NCBI GenBank assembly: GCA_964419785.1
Contig: CAYQRM010000113.1
Coordinates: 1,376 to 65,375, forward strand
Origin: an uncultured Solibacteraceae bacterium
GTDB taxonomy: Bacteria; Acidobacteriota; Vicinamibacteria; Vicinamibacterales; SCN-69-37
Direction: 5' to 3'
DNA length: 64,000 nt
Shown: piece by piece, positions 26,264 to 36,600 of the stretch
Position numbering within the stretch: the stretch's first letter is position 1
Layout: each line of letters begins with the position of its first letter
Made by a program: the position numbers and the translations under genes
The notes under the pieces: generated by a model
Told to the model about the DNA's origin: nothing
What the model saw: only the letters and a program-made list of their open reading frames with translations
Databases searched by the model: none

Positions 26264-29200
26264 CTACTTTCTTCCCGCCCCAAGGTTGTCGAAGTTGAGA
26301 ATCGTGTTGAAGACCATGAAGTAGCTGCCGATCGTCTCGCCGCGATAGATCGGGTTGTTGGCGAAGAGCACGTAGTGGCCCTTCTCGGACGGGACGTCGA
26401 CGACGACGGCCTGGTTGGCGATGTCGGCGCCTCCGGCGAGCAGTCCCGAGACGAGCAGCTCGTTTTGCGCGCTGAAGCGCAGCGTCACGCGTGGCCGGAG
26501 CTCCGGCGGCGCGGTGATCGCGTTGCCGCGTCCGCCGCCGCCACCGTTGGCGCCCGCGTCGCCTGACGTTGCAGGCGGCTCGCTGCCCTCGTTCGCCGGC
26601 CGGCCTTGCACGACGTCTGGATCGTCAGGGGTACCGCGTCCGGTCGCGCGCGCGCCGGGGCCGCCGCCGCGACCCGTCCCGCCCGCCGCGCCACCGCCGC
26701 CGCCACCCGGCCCGCCACGTCCGCCGCCGCCGACGTTGAAGCTGTCACCGCGGTCGCTGTAGACGGCGAGATTGTCCGGCACGCCGTACATGATCGGGCT
26801 CGCGTCATCGGCGATCTTCGTCCGCAAGAGCGTGCCGACCACACGCGAATCCGCGCCGGTCCGCGCCGTTGTCACGCTACGCACGAGCCCACTCGTCAGG
26901 ATGAAGTCTGCGCTCGACGTCGCGCCGATGAACACGCCGCCCTTGTTGACGAAGTCGCGCACGTGAATCAGACCCTCGAGCTGCATGCCCGGGCGGATGT
27001 CGTCGGTCTGCGCGAACGTTCCGATGTTGGGCGTGTCCGCCGAGTTCTTCCACGGCTCGGCGTTGCGATACATCGGCGTGCCGTCGATCGCCTGCGGATT
27101 CAGGCCCGGTCCGGCGACGATGACGTCCCACTTCGATCGCAGATCCGCGGTCTTCGCGATGTCTTCCGGTCCGATGTAGTCGAAGGGCACGCCGTAGACA
27201 TCGAACGCCTGGCGCCACCAGCCCTCGGTCTGTGTGTTGCCCCACGTGTGCAGGACCGCCACGCGTGCAGCGCGCGCCGGATGCATCTTCACGGAGGGCG
27301 CCTCGCCCAACGCGAACGCCTTCACACCCAACGCGGTCGTCGTCTCATCGAGCTCAGCGCGGCTGACGCCTTTGATCACGAACGAACCACGCGCGAATTT
27401 CTGGCCGCCGGCGTCGAACGGCTCTTCGGCCAGCTGGATATCCGCATCCTTGAGCCGATAGCGCAGCGACACGAGCGCGCTGTCGGCGTTGTGGTTAATC
27501 GCGAAAATCGAGCCGGCGCCCTGCACTCCCGCCGGCGCTTTCACATCGCCCTTGATCGCTTCCATCGGCGCGTCGAGCACCTTCGTGTCCGTCACGCGAA
27601 CGGCCTGAACGGCGAAGCCTTCCGGGAACGTCCAGCCCGTGTCGTCATACGGCTGCCGCTGCGGATCGTTCGGCGCCCAGTACTGGTAGTCGAGCAGCGC
27701 GTCGGCGATGCGCGAGTACGGCTGATCCATACGAACGATGTAGCTGCCCGCGGGGAATTCGCGTTGTACGGGGACAGCGGGTGCAGGCTGCGGCGCCGGC
27801 TGCTGTGCAGCGTTGGCATCGCCGGTCGCGCCCGCCGCCCCACCACGTCCGCCACTTCGACCACCGCCGCGGCCGCCTCCCCCGCCACCGGCCGGCGCTG
27901 CCGCGGCGCCCCCGCCGCCAGTCGCCGGACGACGCGTTGGAACGTTCACTGTGAAGGCCGCCGTCGCGCGCGAGATCTCCACCCCCTGCTTCTGCAGCAC
28001 GCGCAAGAGCTCGGCCTGCGATCCGAGACGCGGATCGCTCGACGGCAGCACGTACGCCGCCGGTCCTTCGGTCTTGGCCTTGAGGATCGAACGCTTGCTC
28101 TTGTCGTAGAAGTTGCGCAGGAAGTACAAGCGGTTCGACGCGATGTAGTTCTCAGAGATGAGGATGCCCGTCATCTCGTAGTTGTTGTTGTTGCGCAGCG
28201 ACCAGCGGACGCGCGGCAGCGGCGGATTCTGCCGGTACCATGTGCGCGTCGTCTGATTGGCCGGGATCGTCCGATCTTCCGTGTCCGCCGAGCCGCCGTT
28301 GCCGAACGTCTCGTACAAGCGGCTGATGCCGTTGTGCGTCGCGGCCATGAACATCAAGTAGCCGGGCGACCAGGTATCGAACGTGCCGAACGCGAAGACG
28401 CCGGGCATGCCCATGCGCGTCATCTCGTTGACGTTGTTCCACCCGATCATCTGCCACTCGTTGGTCAGAATCGGATCGAGCCACGCGTTGTACGGGCCGT
28501 CGCCAATCGTGTTGTCGTAGAGGAACGGCTCCGATTCGTGCAGGTCGTGCAGCACCTGCGCGGCGCCGACGCTCGTGTTGCCCAGATACGTGCCGAGCAC
28601 GTTCTGCGAGAGCTTGAGCGTGAGCGCCATCGCGTCGCGATTGTTGTCGTGACGCACGTAGTGCCCCCAGTAAATCGCGTCGGGCGTGACGTCGTTCGGG
28701 TGCTTCTTCTTGTACTCGTAGAGATCGACGACGCGATCGCGCCCGTCGACCTCGACGATGGGCGTGATGAGCGTGATGATGTGCTCGCGAATGTTGCGGA
28801 CGTACGCGCTGTCGTCGGCCGCGAGCCGATATGCCAGCTCCATCAGCGCCGTCGGCGCGCCGGCCTCCGTCGAGTGGATCGTCCCCGTGATGTAGTAAAC
28901 CGGCGCGGCGCGCTTGGCAATGTCGTCCGCGAGCTGGTCGTTCATTTGAATCGTGCGCGGATCGGCCAGCTTCGCCAGGTCCGCCTTGTTCTGATCGAGC
29001 TTCGCCATCAGCGCGTCTGACGCAACGGCGACCGCGATCATGCGCCGGCCTTCCTCCGTCTTCCCGATCTCGAACACTTTCACGCGCGGCGTCGATTTCG
29101 CGAGCAGGTCCATGTACTCGTAGACCTCTTTGGAGTACGGGAGCTTGCCGGGCGCGCCGGCGATGTCGCCGAGCACCGCCTTGGGCGTCGGAATGCCCTT

Positions 29201-29455
29201 CGCCACCGGCAGGTAGTCGACCAGCGGCGAGAGGAAATACGGCTCGGTCGTGTACTCCTTGATCTTGTTCGTGTACTCCTCGTCGATCGGCTGATTCGGG
29301 TCGCGTCCGGGCTTGGCCGCCGCGAGCTCCGCGTCGGTCATCGGCTTGGCAGGGGTTGCGGGCTTGCCCTTCTGGTCGGCGGCGAGCAACACGGCGGGCA
29401 TGACGGCGAGCGCAAGTGCCCAGGCAAATCGGTTCATCACGGCAGCAATCCTCAT
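26264..29455 (-). CDS. Large secreted M14-family zinc carboxypeptidase-like protein
   Basis: From ORF 26264..29479. The start is ambiguous (ATG 29455 or 29437, MNRFAWALALAVMPAVLLA). The HxxE zinc motif context is YYITGTIHSTEAGAPTALMELAYRLA. Confidence 0.7.
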   Translation of the reverse strand: MRIAAVMNRFAWALALAVMPAVLLAADQKGKPATPAKPMTDAELAAAKPGRDPNQPIDEEYTNKIKEYTTEPYFLSPLVDYLPVAKGIPTPKAVLGDIAGAPGKLPYSKEVYEYMDLLAKSTPRVKVFEIGKTEEGRRMIAVAVASDALMAKLDQNKADLAKLADPRTIQMNDQLADDIAKRAAPVYYITGTIHSTEAGAPTALMELAYRLAADDSAYVRNIREHIITLITPIVEVDGRDRVVDLYEYKKKHPNDVTPDAIYWGHYVRHDNNRDAMALTLKLSQNVLGTYLGNTSVGAAQVLHDLHESEPFLYDNTIGDGPYNAWLDPILTNEWQMIGWNNVNEMTRMGMPGVFAFGTFDTWSPGYLMFMAATHNGISRLYETFGNGGSADTEDRTIPANQTTRTWYRQNPPLPRVRWSLRNNNNYEMTGILISENYIASNRLYFLRNFYDKSKRSILKAKTEGPAAYVLPSSDPRLGSQAELLRVLQKQGVEISRATAAFTVNVPTRRPATGGGGAAAAPAGGGGGGRGGGRSGGRGGAAGATGDANAAQQPAPQPAPAVPVQREFPAGSYIVRMDQPYSRIADALLDYQYWAPNDPQRQPYDDTGWTFPEGFAVQAVRVTDTKVLDAPMEAIKGDVKAPAGVQGAGSIFAINHNADSALVSLRYRLKDADIQLAEEPFDAGGQKFARGSFVIKGVSRAELDETTTALGVKAFALGEAPSVKMHPARAARVAVLHTWGNTQTEGWWRQAFDVYGVPFDYIGPEDIAKTADLRSKWDVIVAGPGLNPQAIDGTPMYRNAEPWKNSADTPNIGTFAQTDDIRPGMQLEGLIHVRDFVNKGGVFIGATSSADFILTSGLVRSVTTARTGADSRVVGTLLRTKIADDASPIMYGVPDNLAVYSDRGDSFNVGGGGRGGPGGGGGGAAGGTGRGGGPGARATGRGTPDDPDVVQGRPANEGSEPPATSGDAGANGGGGGRGNAITAPPELRPRVTLRFSAQNELLVSGLLAGGADIANQAVVVDVPSEKGHYVLFANNPIYRGETIGSYFMVFNTILNFDNLGAGRK

Positions 29456-29517
29456 GGAGAGACCTCGAAAACAGCGCACGGCATTCTATCCCGGAGTGCC
29501 GCCGACCCGGGTTTGGC

Positions 29518-30177
29518 TCACACTGGGCGGGAGAACTCCACGACGAAACGGCGGACGGAGGGATCCTGCCGGTCGACACGATCGTCGAGCGACACGCGTG
29601 TGAGGCCGGCGCGGTCGAAAGCATCGAGCTCGGTCACGACGAGGGGCCACGGCGGTCCGACCCCGGGTTCGTTGGCCTCGCGGCCGCGACAGATCACGAG
29701 CAGGGTGCCGCCCGGCTTGACGAGATCGGCGACGCACGCGATCGCACGCGAGCGCAGCTCCACCGGTAGCGCTTGCAGCGTGTTGATCTCGAGCACGAAA
29801 TCGAACGCACGATGCCAGTCGGTCGGAAGATTGAAGAGATCGTCGCTCAAATAGCGAACGGACGACTTCGGAAACCTCCGGCGGCACCAATCGATCGCCG
29901 TGGGCGATAGGTCGAACGCGGTCACTCGGCCGCCAGACGCCGCGACCGTCTCGGCATCGTCTCCGAGGCCGCAGCCGACGACGAGCGACGAGCGCGAGCG
30001 AAGATCGAACTGACGCCGATCGCGCCACTCGACGAACAGCGGATTGTCCTGCAGGTCGGCCCACGGAATGGCGGAGGCATCGCCGTTGGCTTCGCGGTAC
30101 AGCGCGTCGAACCAGCCCAACGGGTCGTGTCGCGCGCTGAATTCCGATTGGAGTTGTCTCGTACGCTCGCGCGACAC
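29518..30177 (-). CDS. Class I SAM-dependent methyltransferase (TPMT-like)
   Basis: 219-aa ORF with GTG start. The SAM-binding motif is LVVGCGLGDDAETVA, followed by VTAFDLSPTAIDW and KPGGTLLV. Confidence 0.75.
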   Translation of the reverse strand: MSRERTRQLQSEFSARHDPLGWFDALYREANGDASAIPWADLQDNPLFVEWRDRRQFDLRSRSSLVVGCGLGDDAETVAASGGRVTAFDLSPTAIDWCRRRFPKSSVRYLSDDLFNLPTDWHRAFDFVLEINTLQALPVELRSRAIACVADLVKPGGTLLVICRGREANEPGVGPPWPLVVTELDAFDRAGLTRVSLDDRVDRQDPSVRRFVVEFSRPV

Positions 30178-30271
30178 GTCGGTGTCTGCCTCTCAATCAA
30201 GCGATCGCCTCGGATGGGCCGGGGGGGACGGGCCCCGGCTTGCGTCACTCGCGGCCAGGCCCTTGCTCATT

Positions 30272-31216
30272 TCACGGCAAGGTGACCTCGGGCAATCCGC
30301 GTTCTATCTCCGCGCGATTCCCCTCTTCCCACGGCGGCAGCTTCAGATTGTGGCCGAGGTCGGCGAGCGGCTCGTCGATGAGAAAGCCGGGATCGACCGT
30401 CGCCACCTCGAAGAGCACACCGCCGGGCTCGCGGAAATAGATCGATTCGAAGTAGCAGCGATCGCGAATGTCGGTGACCTGCAGACCGAGGCGCAGGAGC
30501 TCGTTGCGAAGTCGCCGCTGCTCGTCGCCAGTCGCGACGGCCATCGCGACGTGATGCACGGTGCCGAGACCGTTGAGCCCCGAAGGCTCGTCCCAGTCCG
30601 ACACGATATCGATCGTGCGGCCAGGCGCGTCTTCGCCCGCGGCGACGCGAATACGGTTCTCGGCTTCGTTCACTTTCGAAAAGCCGAGCAGACCCGTCAT
30701 GAGCTCGAGCGTGCGGATAGGCGATCGCACGACCATCGTGACGCTGTAGAGACCGCGGATCGCAACGTGCTCGCTGACGCCCGCGGTCGCCCACGGCGCG
30801 CGGCTGTCACGCGACGATTCGACGAGCTCGAAGTTCAGTCCCGACGCGTCGCGGCAGTGGAGCGACGCGTCCCCGAATCGCGGCGGCGCGTCGCCCACCT
30901 GGACGCCACGGCCGGCCAGATGCGATCGCCACCAGCCGAGCGATCCGCGCGGCACCGAGAACGACGTCGTCGAGATCTGTCCGGCGCCGTGCGTGCCGGT
31001 GCGCACGCCGTGGCCTTTGTACGGAAACGTCGTCCACAGCGTGCCCGGTCGCCCGCGCTCGTCGCCGTAATAGAAATGAAAGACGTGGTGATTGTCGAAG
31101 TTGACCGTCTTCTTGACGAGCCGCAGGCCGAGCGCGCCCGCACAGAAATCGAGGTCGGCTTGCGCGTCGTTGACCGTCGCCGTAACGTGATGCAGACCGA
31201 GGATGGGCGACTTCAC
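30272..31216 (-). CDS. Ring-cleaving dioxygenase of the VOC/glyoxalase family (MhqO/YfiE-like)
   Basis: 314-aa ORF with GTG start. It has two VOC modules, GLHHVTATV and GTVHHVAMAV, and a C-terminal YFREPGGVLFEVAT. Confidence 0.85.
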   Translation of the reverse strand: MKSPILGLHHVTATVNDAQADLDFCAGALGLRLVKKTVNFDNHHVFHFYYGDERGRPGTLWTTFPYKGHGVRTGTHGAGQISTTSFSVPRGSLGWWRSHLAGRGVQVGDAPPRFGDASLHCRDASGLNFELVESSRDSRAPWATAGVSEHVAIRGLYSVTMVVRSPIRTLELMTGLLGFSKVNEAENRIRVAAGEDAPGRTIDIVSDWDEPSGLNGLGTVHHVAMAVATGDEQRRLRNELLRLGLQVTDIRDRCYFESIYFREPGGVLFEVATVDPGFLIDEPLADLGHNLKLPPWEEGNRAEIERGLPEVTLP

Positions 31217-31238
31217 CGGTCCATCTTATGATGGCGCC

Positions 31239-32651
31239 GTGAAGACCGACGAATTCCGACGCCGCGGCCATCAACTGATCGACTGGATCGCCGACTACCG
31301 CGATCGGGTCGGATCGCTGCCGGTGATGGCGCGCACCGAACCGGGCGCGGTGAAGGCGGCCCTGCCGCGCACGCCGCCGACGGAGCCTGAGCCGTTCGAC
31401 GCCGTCCTGCGTGATCTCGACGCGATCGTCGTGCCGGGACTCTCGCACTGGTCGCATCCGCAGTTCTGTGGATACTTCCCCTCGAACGGCGAGCTGTCGA
31501 GCGTGCTCGGCGACTACGTCAGCACGGGCCTGGGCGTGCTTGGCCTGGCCTGGCAATCGAGCCCGGCGCTGACCGAGGTCGAAGAGGTCGCGACGGACTG
31601 GCTGCGTCAGATGCTCGGCCTGTCGGACGCGTGGAGCGGCGTGATCCAGGACACCGCATCGACCTGCACGCTGCTCGCTCTTCTCTGCGCGCGGGAGAAG
31701 ACGACGAAGTACGGGCTCGCGCGTGGGGGCCTTCAGGCCGAGCCGCATCCGCTCGTCGTCTACGCGTCTTCACACGCGCACAGCTCGGTCGACAAAGCGG
31801 CGCTGCTCGCCGGCTTCGGCCGCGACAACGTCCGCCACATCGCGCACGACGAGTCCTATGCGATGAAGCCTGACGCGCTCGAACGCGCCATCGCCGACGA
31901 TCTCGCCGCCGGCCGCGTGCCGTGCGCGGTCGTCGCCACCACCGGCACGACCACGACGACGGCGATCGATCCGGTGGAGGCCATTGCGGCGATCGCGACG
32001 CGCCACGGCCTCTGGCTGCACGTCGACGCCGCCATGGCCGGGTCGGCCATGATCCTTCCTGAATGCCGCTGGATGTGGCGCGGCATCGAAGGCGCGCACT
32101 CCGTCGTCGTCAATCCGCACAAGTGGCTGGGCGCGGCGTTCGACTGCTCGGTGTACTTCGTCCGCGAGCCGGCCGATCTCATCCGCGTGATGTCGACCAA
32201 TCCCAGCTACCTGCGGAGTGCGGCCGACGAAATCGTCAAGAACTTCCGCGACTGGGGACTGCCGCTCGGCCGGCGCTTCCGCGCGCTCAAGCTGTGGTTT
32301 CTGATTCGCGAGCAGGGCATCGTGGGCCTGCAGGCGCGCGTGCGGCGGGACCTCGCGAACGCGCAGTGGCTTGCCGAGGCCGTGCGGGCGACGCCCGGCT
32401 GGCGCGTGCTGACGCCTGTCGTGTTGCAGACCGTGTGCGTGCGTCACGAGCCGAACGGGCTCGACGGTGACGCGCTCGATCGCCACACGCAGGCCTGGGT
32501 CGATCGCGTCAATCGATCGGGCGATGCGTACCTCACGCCGGCGCTGCTCGACGGACGCTGGATGGCGCGCGTCTCGATCGGCGCGATTGCGACCGAGCGC
32601 GTGCATGTCGAGCGCGTGTGGGCGGCGATGGTGCGAGAAGCCCAGGAATGA
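31239..32651 (+). CDS. Group II PLP-dependent aromatic-L-amino-acid decarboxylase-like enzyme
   Basis: From ORF 31203..32651. I prefer the GTG at 31239 (VKTDEFRRRGHQLIDWIADY), which aligns with the N-terminus of known DDC-type enzymes and avoids overlap with the divergent gene. The PLP lysine context is VVNPHKW. Confidence 0.85.
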   Translation: MKTDEFRRRGHQLIDWIADYRDRVGSLPVMARTEPGAVKAALPRTPPTEPEPFDAVLRDLDAIVVPGLSHWSHPQFCGYFPSNGELSSVLGDYVSTGLGVLGLAWQSSPALTEVEEVATDWLRQMLGLSDAWSGVIQDTASTCTLLALLCAREKTTKYGLARGGLQAEPHPLVVYASSHAHSSVDKAALLAGFGRDNVRHIAHDESYAMKPDALERAIADDLAAGRVPCAVVATTGTTTTTAIDPVEAIAAIATRHGLWLHVDAAMAGSAMILPECRWMWRGIEGAHSVVVNPHKWLGAAFDCSVYFVREPADLIRVMSTNPSYLRSAADEIVKNFRDWGLPLGRRFRALKLWFLIREQGIVGLQARVRRDLANAQWLAEAVRATPGWRVLTPVVLQTVCVRHEPNGLDGDALDRHTQAWVDRVNRSGDAYLTPALLDGRWMARVSIGAIATERVHVERVWAAMVREAQE

Positions 32652-32655
32652 TGAC

Positions 32656-33555
32656 GTGAGTCCCAACGATCCGTCGGCGCTCGCCCAACCCGCGTGGCTC
32701 GACCGGCAGGCGTATCCATTCGCGCCGCGCTACGCGGAGCTCTCGTCAGGGTTCATGCATTACGTCGACGAGGGCCGCGGCTCGCCGGTGCTGCTCGTCC
32801 ACGGCACGCCGACGTGGTCGTTCGAGTACCGCCACGTCATCAAGACGCTTTCGCCGAACGTGCGCTGCGTCGCGCCGGATCATCTCGGGTTCGGGCTCTC
32901 CGAGCGGCCCAGCCGGTTCGCATACACGCCTGACGCGCACGCGGCGGCGCTCAGGGAGTTCGTCACACGCCTCGGCCTCGACGATCTCACGCTGGTCGTT
33001 CACGATTTCGGCGGCCCGATTGGCCTGCCGCTCTGCTTCGACCGATCGGTGCGCGTCCGCCGTCTCGTGATCCTCAACTCGTGGATGTGGCCGTTCGATC
33101 ACGATCCGGAGATGCGGCGAAAAGGGGCAATCGCCGGCGGGACGCTGGGGCGGCTGCTCTACGAGTACGCGAACTTCTCGCTCAAGGTGATCATGCCGTC
33201 GGCGTACGGCGATCGATCGAAGCTCACGCCGGGGATTCATCGGCAATACCTCGAGGTGTTCCGCGATCGCCACGCGCGCGTCCAGGTCCTGCACGCGCTC
33301 GCGCGCGCGCTGAACGGCTCGCGCGACTACTACGCGAGCCTGCTCGCGCAGGCCGACGCGCTCAAGTCGATTCCAACGCTCATCATCTGGGGGATGAAGG
33401 ACTCAGCGTTCAAGCCATCGTTTCTCGCGCGATGGAAGGGGCTCTTGCCCAACGCGAAGGTCGTCGAGCTGGCGGAGGCCGGCCACTGGCCGCACGAAGA
33501 AGCGCCGGACGCCGTCGCGCGCCCGCTGCTCGACTGGGTGGTCAGCGCGCGCTGA
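32656..33555 (+). CDS. Alpha/beta hydrolase (haloalkane-dehalogenase-like)
   Basis: C-terminal 299 aa of ORF 32467..33555. The GTG at 32656 lies 4 nt after the decarboxylase stop. Motifs: VLLVHGTPTWSFEYRHV and the nucleophile elbow VVHDFGGPIG. Confidence 0.85.
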   Translation: MSPNDPSALAQPAWLDRQAYPFAPRYAELSSGFMHYVDEGRGSPVLLVHGTPTWSFEYRHVIKTLSPNVRCVAPDHLGFGLSERPSRFAYTPDAHAAALREFVTRLGLDDLTLVVHDFGGPIGLPLCFDRSVRVRRLVILNSWMWPFDHDPEMRRKGAIAGGTLGRLLYEYANFSLKVIMPSAYGDRSKLTPGIHRQYLEVFRDRHARVQVLHALARALNGSRDYYASLLAQADALKSIPTLIIWGMKDSAFKPSFLARWKGLLPNAKVVELAEAGHWPHEEAPDAVARPLLDWVVSAR

Positions 33556-33566
33556 CCCGAGACCGG

Positions 33567-33682
33567 CAAGTCGAAAAGTCGAAAGGTCGAGAAATCGACA
33601 AGTGGTGTCTGCGTCACACCACTTCCCGACTTTTCGACCTCTCGGCTTTCCGACTTTTCGACCTCTCGACTTCCCGACTTTC
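33567..33682. repeat. Low-GC hairpin built from AAGTCGAAA-type short repeats, plus a 24-bp direct repeat
   Basis: The left arm AAGTCGAAAAGTCGAAAGGTCGAGAAATCGACAAGTGGTGT pairs imperfectly with ACACCACTTCCCGACTTTTCGACCTCTCGG. CCGACTTTTCGACCTCTCG occurs at 33626-33644 and 33650-33668. Confidence 0.8.
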
Positions 33683-33687
33683 TCTCT

Positions 33688-36600
33688 CTACTTGATTGTG
33701 GGCAGCTTCCCCGCCATCGTCTTGTTGAACGCCGGAATATCCTTGTCGTTCAGATTGGCGAGTCCCGTCTTCGCGTCGTTGAGCTGCTTCTCGATGTTCG
33801 ACAGGATGTCGTACGCCGCGTCGCGCGGCTTCCATTCCGCGCCGCCCGCTTCGTCGCTCGCGCCGGTGCCGACCGCGCCGCCGAGCCATAGCAGGTTCAT
33901 GTAGACCGCGTACGCTTCCGGGAAGTACTTGTCGTCGCTTAGCATGTCGGACTTCGTCACGAGCAGCAGCTCGACGTTCATGATCTTCTGATTCAGATCC
34001 ATGAGCGGCTTCTCGAGCTCGTCCTTGCCCTGATTCGCCTTGAGCAAGTCCTCGATCTGCTTCCGCGTGACCTCCATCTGATTGACCATCCCGGAGGTCG
34101 CCGTGATGTCGTCGCGGATGCGTACCTGCATCTTGGTCGACTCGACGAGATCGGCGTCGGACGCGGCGATCGCCGGGTCCTTGATGATCTCGAACGGCTG
34201 CGTGAGGTCCTTGCCGTCGATCGTGAACTTCACGCTGTACTTGCCGGGCGCAGCAATCGGAATCGCGGTGCCGGCGCCGACGCCCCAATGCGTGATCGGG
34301 CGCGTGTCGCGGCCGTTGAAGCGCGGCTCGTCCCAAATGTGCGGATTCTGCTGCGGCGTCGTCCTGAGCGCGACGAGCACGGGCGGGTCGTACCGCATGT
34401 CCCACGTGATGCGGTTGAGGCCCTGACGCACCTGCGCTTGCTGCGACCGCACGACCTTGCCGGTCGAATCGAGAATCACCATCGGCACCGCGCCTGACGG
34501 CGCGCTCGCGACCGAGAGCAGGAACTCCGCCGTGCCATTGCGCGCCTGGCGGATGCCCGGCCGCGGCGCAAAGAGCTGGGTCGTCGGCGGCGCCTGCGGC
34601 TTGCCGGTCTGCTCGAGGATCGTGATGTCCGGCATGATGTAGAGCCCGCGTCCGTACGTCGAGACGACAACGTCGTGGTAGCGCGGCTCGACCACGATCC
34701 AGGTGACGGGCGACGGCGGCAGTCCCTCCTTGAACTGCGTCCAGTGCGCGCCGTCATCCATCGAGTAGAAGAACGCGTGGCCGGTGCCGGCGAAGAGCAT
34801 GCCCTTCTTGTTCGGATTTTCCGTGACGGCCTTCACGTAATCGAGCGGGTGTGCGGTCGGCAGATCGCCCGTGACCTTCTTCCATGTCGCGCCGAAATCC
34901 GTCGTCTTGAAGATGTACGGCTTCATGTCGTCCATCAAGTGCGCGTCGACCGCGACATACGCGGTGCCCGCATCGAACGAGGACGCGTCGATCTTCGAAA
35001 TGGTCCCGAGCTCCGGCATTCCGGTGATGTTCTTCGACACGTCGGTCCAGTTGCCGCTTGCGCCACCGTCCTTCGTGTACCAGAGCTTGCCGTCGTTCGT
35101 GCCGGCCCACACGAGGCCTTCGGAGATCGGCGACGGCGTGATCGCAAAGACGACTTCAGGCGCGAACTGTCCGAGGTTGTCGCCGACGATGCCGCCCGAC
35201 GAGACGATCTTCGACTGGTCCTGATGCGAGAGATCAGGACTGATGACCTTCCACGACTGCCCCGCGTTCGTCGTTTTGAAGACGACCTGACAGCCGTAGT
35301 AGACGCTGTTGTGCTCGAGCGGATCGATCGCGAGCGGCGCCGTCCAGTGGCACCGATACTTCGACTTGTTCGGCTCCGAGTCGAGCGTGATCATCCACGG
35401 ACTGACCGAGCGTGCCGTCCGCGTCTTGCCGTCCCAGCGCGTGAGCTTGTTGCCGTAGCACGTCGCCCAGACGACGTCGGCGTCGGTCGGATCGGGAATC
35501 GTGAACCCGGACTCGCAGCCGCCGAGGTTGGGCTCCCACGCGAGCCCGCCACCGACCCCGCGTCCGCCGCCGCCCCCACCGCCGCCGCGTCCACCGCGTC
35601 CGCCGGCGCCAGCGGACGCCGGCGCGACATCAGGCAGCCGGCCGTTGCCCGTCTCGGCGGTCACCGTGCTCGGGCCGCGCATCGTGCCGTCGTCCTGACG
35701 GTTGCTGTAAATCCAGTACGGCACGCGGTTGTCGACCGCCACGTGATAGTTCTGCGCGTTCGGCAGGGACACGCTGATCGTGCTGCCCTGGCCGGTCGCG
35801 ATGTTCATGCCACCGTCGTCGGTGAGAACGTAGCGAGCGGGATTGGTCGGATCGATCCAGATGTCGTGGCAGTCACCGCAGCTCGCGTTGCCGCCACCGC
35901 CGCCAAATCCGCCGCCGCCCGCGGGCGCCGGTGCTGCGCCACCGCCTGCCGCTCCGCCGCCGCGACCGCCGCGTCCGCCGCCTGCCGCGTTGGCCGCCGG
36001 CGCTGCCGCAGCCGGGGGTGCGCCTGCTCCAGCGCCGCCGCGTCCGCCGAACGTCTTGCCGCCGTCGTACGAGCGATGGAACCCGCTGTTTGCGATGAAC
36101 ACGTCGTCAGGATTCTGCGGATTGACCGCGATGCGGATGTAATAGCCCGCGCGTCCGATGAGCCCGCGATCCCAGCTCACGACCGCAAACGTGTTGCCGC
36201 CGTCATCCGATCGCCACAGCGAGCCCTGATCGGCCGTCTGGATCAGTGCGTAGACGCGCTGCGGATTGGACGGCGCGATCGCAACGTCAACCTTGCCGTA
36301 CGGCGGGCGCGGCAATCCAGCTTCGATCTTCTTCCAGGTGCTGCCGCCATCGGTCGACTTGTAGACGCCGCTGCCGGCGCCGCCGCTGAACTCGCCCCAC
36401 GTGTGCATCACGACTTGCCAGGTGCCGGCGAAGAGCACATTCGGATCTTTCGCGTCCATCGTCAGACCGGAGCAGCCGGTGTCCTGGTTGACGAAGAGCA
36501 CCTTCTGCCACGTCGCGCCGCCGTCGGCCGTCTTGAACACGCCGCGCTCCTGCTGCGGGCCAGTCACGCGACCGATCGCGCAGACGAACGCGATATTGGG

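Noticed and set aside
26525-26740. G-quadruplex potential of the (GGN)n tracts that encode the Gly/Arg inserts, on the coding strand.
   Set aside because: Runs of three or more G are irregular, and I cannot evaluate folding by eye. The protein-level explanation is sufficient, so this was not raised as a finding.
31203-31238. ATG 31203 as the start of the decarboxylase (the track ORF start).
   Set aside because: It would overlap the divergently transcribed dioxygenase start (31216) by 14 nt. The added residues do not align with the conserved N-terminus. GTG 31239 gives the family-typical xKTDEFRRRG start. The choice remains unproven.
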